DNA of 39,840 nucleotides, taken from assembly GCA_002898395.1 (NCBI GenBank), contig BEHE01000017.1, positions 1-39,840 of the forward strand. Direction: 5' to 3'. Source of the DNA: Candidatus Calditenuaceae archaeon HR02. Its GTDB lineage: Archaea; Thermoproteota; Nitrososphaeria_A; Caldarchaeales; Calditenuaceae. This document shows positions 35,366 to 39,840 of this stretch, piece after piece. Below the pieces are notes generated by a model. That model did no database searches, had not been told where the DNA came from, and worked only from the letters and a program-made list of their open reading frames with translations. How positions within the stretch are numbered: position 1 is the stretch's first letter; each line of letters begins with the position of its first letter. The position numbers and the translations under genes are program-made.

Positions 35366-35743
35366 TTAAATTGCATGATAGTCTGCCTCATCTAGAATGA
35401 CCACGTTAGCTGTTGACAGTTTTTCAATACAGCTACTTAGGTTATTTAATATGTACTCTGCCATTCTGTCTGGCGCCATCCTGAGCTTGACGTATATGGC
35501 CTTAATTTTTCTCATAAGGTCTCGTTTAAGGCGGGTGAAATCAACGTCTCTGGTTATTATAATCATGCCATGCTTAATGGATAAGCTTGCTAATTCATCG
35601 TTCCTTATACCCTGCTTAGCTATTTGGTCTATTGTGGCAACTCTATATCCCGCACGCCTAAGCTCTCTCACCCTAGCTACACCACCCTCGGGTATGTATG
35701 AGCTAGGCAAGGCCCCAAGCCTAGCGAGCTCCGCCAGACACAT
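35366..35743 (-). pseudogene. Chimeric ORF: IS110 transposase fragment fused to DUF5615 PIN-like C-terminal part
   Basis: LAELARLGALPSSYIPEG...VREL (IS110-like) joined in frame to RRAGYRV...GIRNDEL...IIITRDVDF (DUF5615/Mut7-C-like PIN lacking its N-terminal DEN motif). Confidence 0.7.
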
Positions 35744-35999
35744 AGAATCCCTCCTATAAGCCTACTATACATCGGATATACATAGCTAGAAGACTCCACA
35801 AATACTAGAGATACATTCCTGCTAGATAGGAATGAATAGAGCTCATCTCCAGGAAGCCTCCTAGACTCTACTACACTACCAAACCAGTCAACAACAGTAG
35901 CTTCACAAAACCCCTTAGGACACCCAAACCACAGACAAAACCACTCATAACACGCCCTGAGCGGCCTTTAGAATTAAGCCTAGCCCCACATCGCATCAG
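35660..35999 (-). mobile_element. IS110-family remnant, copy 2
   Basis: ATG at 35948: MSGFVCGL / ATVVDWFGSVVESRRL...VFVESSSYVYPMYSRL. Homologous to copy 1 including about 45 bp upstream. Confidence 0.75.
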
Positions 36000-36128
36000 T
36001 ACCAGGCCAAAAATCTAAAAATTAATTATTGAAATGGTCTAGCAAGCCTTTCAATCCTTTTCGGTAGTGGCAGCAGGCCACCATGAATATCGCCTACATG
36101 GGGACCTTAGTTGGTGCCATGACTTGCA

Positions 36129-37628
36129 TCAAGGGTCGTCGGGATGAGCCTGCATATTGCCACCACTTATCTTTCCGGATATGACATAGCTAGTAGAGTC
36201 TGCAATTATCACTGCATGGAAGATGTCTTTGCCGACTCCAGGCTCGCCATCGTCTACAAACATCCACTGAATCGTTGCAGGTGTCCAAGGAGACGGACCT
36301 ATCTTCAGCCTTCCTTCACCTGAGCCCACATGCGTGTCGAATGGGGCGGGAGGCATCCCTTGATCGGCAGCTGTTTCGAAGCAGGCTGCATAGTTCATTG
36401 CAGTTAGATGGAAAATAAAGGTCTGCCCACCAACCCTCCAATTTATTTGGAGGTTATTAGGCTCCTTCTCATTATTACAGTGCACCTCAAATCCAAAGTT
36501 AACTGTCGCACTAACTTTAGTTTTGTTAATAAACAACACTTCTCCCCTTAGTACTCCACCACCAGTCATTCTGCCCTTTTGTGGACAACCTTCCTCTTTC
36601 GGGGCCGTCAGCCAAGGAACATAATCGACAGAGCCGGATATTTTGCTTGGATCTGGACCTGTGTTAGAGCCCCACCAATTAAATTCAGCGTCCATTATGC
36701 TGTTATCCGTGGCTATGTTTTGGGCATCATAAATTTCATTACCATAAACGTCGTTGCACCTGAACTTCGTACCCGTTGCAGGCAACCCTTTCTCACTATC
36801 ACTATTGTATTTAAGTCCTATTTCATTCTCAGTAACTTCATTGAACCCAACTAATGCTGATGGTGTCCTGTCGGCTGCTATGCCTATCCCGAGGTTGTTT
36901 TTGACCGTGTTGCCTTTTATGGTTGTGTAAGCCGCCGCGTTATTAGTTGCTATTGAGACTGTTGCTATGCCGTTACAGGTATTGGTGACCTCGTTGTTCT
37001 CTATCAGGTTATTCTCAGCCACACCGTTACCAACCCCACCACCCCTGACCAAGATCCCAACATCAGCAAAACGACATGTTCCCCTACCCTCAACCTTGTT
37101 GTTAAGTATCACGTTATTGTCCCCCTGGACGAATACCCCCCTATGAACATGAGCGTGACCTGTACCTGTTGTCGCATCCTTTATGTAGAATCCCTGAAAT
37201 ACCACGCCATTAGCTGTGATGAGAACTGCTGCCGGAGTAAGCTCTCCGGGCTGTATTACCGTGTCGGGGGTACCATCAACGGCTGAGCCGTCAAAAGACC
37301 TAACCCTCAAACCATCCCTGCCTATCGTAACCTGCTCAGAATACACTCCGGGACAGACTACAATCTCATCGCCCGGAAAAGCCGCGGCAATAGCGGCCTG
37401 AATCGACGAATAAGCAGGATCAGAACCATCGCAATCGGTTGGGGAAGCAAAACCATCGTCATCAACAACCAAGACAGCTGGAGAGGCAAGAGATATCCTC
37501 ACCGGAAACAAAAGCAGGGCAGACAGCAACATTATGCAGGCTATGCTAACATACCATGTCTTTAAAACTACCGGACTAGATTTCATGGCCATATCTATTA
37601 ACTGACCGAATATATATTTTTTAAACAC
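36129..37628 (-). CDS. Secreted right-handed beta-helix (pectin-lyase/NosD-like) protein with C-terminal beta domain
   Basis: Signal peptide, YSSIQAAI...GDEIVVCPGVYSEQV, Asn-rich repeats, FNWWGS..GP, VDYVPWL, and C-terminal GRMTGGG...NFGF (post-COAP-1-like). True start probably downstream of 37628. Confidence 0.82.
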   Translation of the reverse strand: MFKKYIFGQLIDMAMKSSPVVLKTWYVSIACIMLLSALLLFPVRISLASPAVLVVDDDGFASPTDCDGSDPAYSSIQAAIAAAFPGDEIVVCPGVYSEQVTIGRDGLRVRSFDGSAVDGTPDTVIQPGELTPAAVLITANGVVFQGFYIKDATTGTGHAHVHRGVFVQGDNNVILNNKVEGRGTCRFADVGILVRGGGVGNGVAENNLIENNEVTNTCNGIATVSIATNNAAAYTTIKGNTVKNNLGIGIAADRTPSALVGFNEVTENEIGLKYNSDSEKGLPATGTKFRCNDVYGNEIYDAQNIATDNSIMDAEFNWWGSNTGPDPSKISGSVDYVPWLTAPKEEGCPQKGRMTGGGVLRGEVLFINKTKVSATVNFGFEVHCNNEKEPNNLQINWRVGGQTFIFHLTAMNYAACFETAADQGMPPAPFDTHVGSGEGRLKIGPSPWTPATIQWMFVDDGEPGVGKDIFHAVIIADSTSYVISGKISGGNMQAHPDDP

Positions 37629-38461
37629 TCATCTCGTTCTCATAAGGGATTTATATATTCTCCTCGGAATTTCCGTTGGCCATGGACCCTTGTGTGGTTA
37701 GATCGGTATTCCTTCCGGATAGGGAGAGGTGCCTCAACTACCTTAAGGGGGTTAGGTTTAGGGAAGGTCTTAGGTGCGTGTAGCGTGGGGTCGTCTGATG
37801 TCAGGGAAGGATGGAATGGACAGGAACGGATACCAGGTATACGAGCACTAGCCAGATGTCTAGGGAGCTTGATAGGTATTGCGAGTTTGTCCTAGACTTT
37901 GTGAGGGAGGTGTAGGGGCTGGCTGAGAGGGTGGGAGGGGTTATAGGCTGGAGGGAGTATGCGAGGCTGACGAGGCCTACGTGAGTTCGAGGGATAAGGG
38001 CGTTAAAGGCGGTGATCCCGGAGAAGGGGGCTATCGGTTAGGAGGAGGAGGGACGTATGAAGGAGATGGGCCTCCCGTTATGGCTCTAGTCGGGAGGTCA
38101 GACGGAGTGACGGAGTTCGTCGTGATGAATGACATGAGGAAGGCGGTTGATGAGATATCCTCTAGCGCATCTAGAGATTGCGTAATCATAACTTATGAAT
38201 ACAAGGTATACAATAGATTGGATTTAATTGGCATATCTCATTTGAGGATAAGACGCCCCGAAAGATATGCTGAAGGGATCGCCCACATCAACCACTGCAA
38301 GAACAGACAATTGTTCCTCAGGATCCTCCTTAGGAGGATGAGGTTCAGGGGAGTAAGCAAGAGATACCTCCAAGAATACCTCTCTTTCCCACCTCTATTG
38401 AACAACAGACCGTCCGATTGGTTCTCCCACCCTACTATCCCTGACGATCTTAAGATGAGCG
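37626..38461 (+). mobile_element. IS1595-family element, degenerate, with imperfect terminal inverted repeats
   Basis: Zn-finger remnant CLNYLKGVRFREGLRC, then EADEAYV, RGTY..D.PPV, YAEGIAHINHCKN, FRGVSKRYLQEYL. Ends CACTCATCTCGTTCTCATAAGGGAT and ATCCCTGACGATCTTAAGATGAGCG. Confidence 0.78.
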
Positions 38462-38594
38462 TAGGCTCTTTATTCCCCGCGCGTGGTTCCTCGCGCTTAC
38501 CTTGTTGTGGAATACAGATGTCCTCTCTTTAGGTATCTGAAGAGCCTCTCAACTCTGTTCCTAGTCTAGTCCCGAAATGTTAGGGGGTTTAGAC

Positions 38595-38831
38595 AGCCCC
38601 TACCGTAGGACGCCTCTAGAGGCAGGAGTTCTCCTGTATCCACGCCGATTGCGGACCTTCAGGGCCTTTGAGACCCTCCTACAGCCTCCATGAAACATAT
38701 ACTCAAGAACAGCAAGCACCTTAACCTCAAGACTTTCTTGTTACGCCTGAAGCAGCTTGAGATCAAAGCAATGACGTCCACGCAAAGAACACCGAGGCCC
38801 GGCTTTTAAATATAGTACCTTATCCGGACAC
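38595..38831 (-). mobile_element. IS6-family remnant B with left terminal repeat
   Basis: Minus strand begins GTGTCCGGATAAG. DNA is homologous to remnant A (TTCAGGCGTAACAAGAAAGTC; GAACTCCTGCCTCTAGAGGCGTCCTACGG). Confidence 0.72.
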
Positions 38832-38872
38832 ACTCAAAAGATGAAGGTTATTAGAACTTGTATAATTCTCCT

Positions 38873-39343
38873 CTAGCGTAGTTTTTTCCGTAGGAACTGG
38901 TGGTATTGCTTGACTTTTTCTTGTGGAAAGGGATTTACAACAGTTATTTCTTTAACTTTTGAGAGTTCTGTGTCTAGCGTGTATATTATTGTTGAGCCTA
39001 GGCTTTTTGTTAGTGATATAAGATAGCCGTCCCATGATTCAATATTGTATGCAGCAGCGTAGTCTAGTGCATCTTCCACTATTTCTGGAGTTACGTGCGG
39101 ATATAGAGCAGGTGAGCTGGTGGTTAGAATTCCCTGCATAACCTTTTTCACGGACAATTTAGGTATCCGCAGATACCGTGTTGCTATGTGATATGCCCCT
39201 AGTACCGCTGTTACCGGTAATGCGACTCTTCTCTTTTGGAGCAATACCTCTGATAGGAAGTTTACGCTACTCTCCTTAAGCGGATTCTCGAAGCAGGTTG
39301 GGACAATTATGCTTACATCTACTACTCCCTCAGGGTAGGCCAA
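38873..39343 (-). CDS. vapC: VapC PIN-domain toxin
   Basis: VVDVSII, ESWDGYL, IYTLD. Likely TTG start at 39343 overlapping the antitoxin end. Confidence 0.82.
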   Translation of the reverse strand: MAYPEGVVDVSIIVPTCFENPLKESSVNFLSEVLLQKRRVALPVTAVLGAYHIATRYLRIPKLSVKKVMQGILTTSSPALYPHVTPEIVEDALDYAAAYNIESWDGYLISLTKSLGSTIIYTLDTELSKVKEITVVNPFPQEKVKQYHQFLRKKLR

Positions 39344-39617
39344 GCTTTCTCCTCGCATATTCACGGCTTATCCACTTCCAGCTCTCCTCTGATTCGTCAG
39401 TAAAAGCCTCAGCCCTGAGGGCTAGGGCTGAATTCACCCACTCTCGAACTCTTTCCTTATAATCAGCTGGCTCGGGCTCTAATACTAGCCTATGTCCGTC
39501 AAGCCTAATTGTTACACGTCCACCCTCTTTAAGACCAAGCGCCTCCCGAATATGGGAAGGAAGTACAAGCCTACCCTGCCTATCTACATTAATGGAATCT
39601 TCCATTCTTTTCACCAT
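39330..39617 (-). CDS. AbrB/MazE/SpoVT-family antitoxin
   Basis: VDRQGRLVLPSHIREALGLKEGGRV. Confidence 0.9.
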   Translation of the reverse strand: MVKRMEDSINVDRQGRLVLPSHIREALGLKEGGRVTIRLDGHRLVLEPEPADYKERVREWVNSALALRAEAFTDESEESWKWISREYARRKLGLP

Positions 39618-39664
39618 ATGGAATTATTTATGCCGTAAATATAAGTCTTTACTCCACTTTGCCT

Positions 39665-39840
39665 GGCACTGTCAACTTTTACTTAATCCTTTCTGAGAAG
39701 GGCCTATGGCCTTGCTCGTTCAATATCCTTCGTGCACGTCTTGGATTACCTGATCGGAAGGATCTCTTCCCTGTTCAGGTTCCACAACTATTCTCCATTG
39801 GAGAAGGCGTATGCTGTAATCCCCTATCTAGCAGGTCTCA
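39665..39840 (+). mobile_element. IS6-family element left end, running off the window
   Basis: Begins GGCACTGTCAACTT (IS26-like terminus). Open frame from GTG 39732: VHVLDYLIGRISSLFRFHNYSPLEKAYAVIPYLAGL. Confidence 0.65.

Noticed and set aside
6920-38000. In-frame stops in fragments considered as Sec/Pyl recoding or programmed frameshifts
   Set aside because: Stops are of mixed types and accompanied by indels and deletions, consistent with pseudogenisation.

Overview
Archaeal chromosome segment. Gene content, GC-rich AGG/AGA codon style and GTG/TTG starts suggest a thermophilic TACK lineage such as Aigarchaeota/Caldarchaeales (inference). Bases 1 to about 23,500 are a dense core region: an Lhr helicase converging on a three-gene operon (short, hinge-less, cysteine-free SMC5/6-like ATPase, a kleisin, and a KITE protein with MAGE/Nse3-like motifs), archaemetzincin, AK6-type adenylate kinase, a beta-decarboxylating dehydrogenase, SerRS, HD hydrolase, Nop10, aIF2-alpha, HMG-CoA reductase, a LigB-type DNA ligase, an N-acetyltransferase, a sugar nucleotidyltransferase, a five-gene SPFH/zinc-ribbon membrane operon, and a CysRS with a Cys-to-Asp change at a Zn ligand. 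Bases 23,500-26,900 hold a more AT-rich methyltransferase / protein O-mannosyltransferase / amino-acid dehydrogenase block. Bases 26,900-39,840 are a decaying plasticity island with three VapBC pairs, one HEPN-MNT pair, broken RelBE, MNT, DUF5615 and PaREP1 genes, remnants of IS110 (x2), IS5, IS6 (x4) and IS1595, a secreted beta-helix protein, and an orphan two-repeat CRISPR-like mini-array abutting a VapBC promoter. Best candidates for a new system: the minimal SMC5/6-kleisin-MAGE-like complex and the PspA-less SPFH/zinc-ribbon operon. No tRNA or rRNA was recognised. All calls come from manual motif reading, with no database searches.
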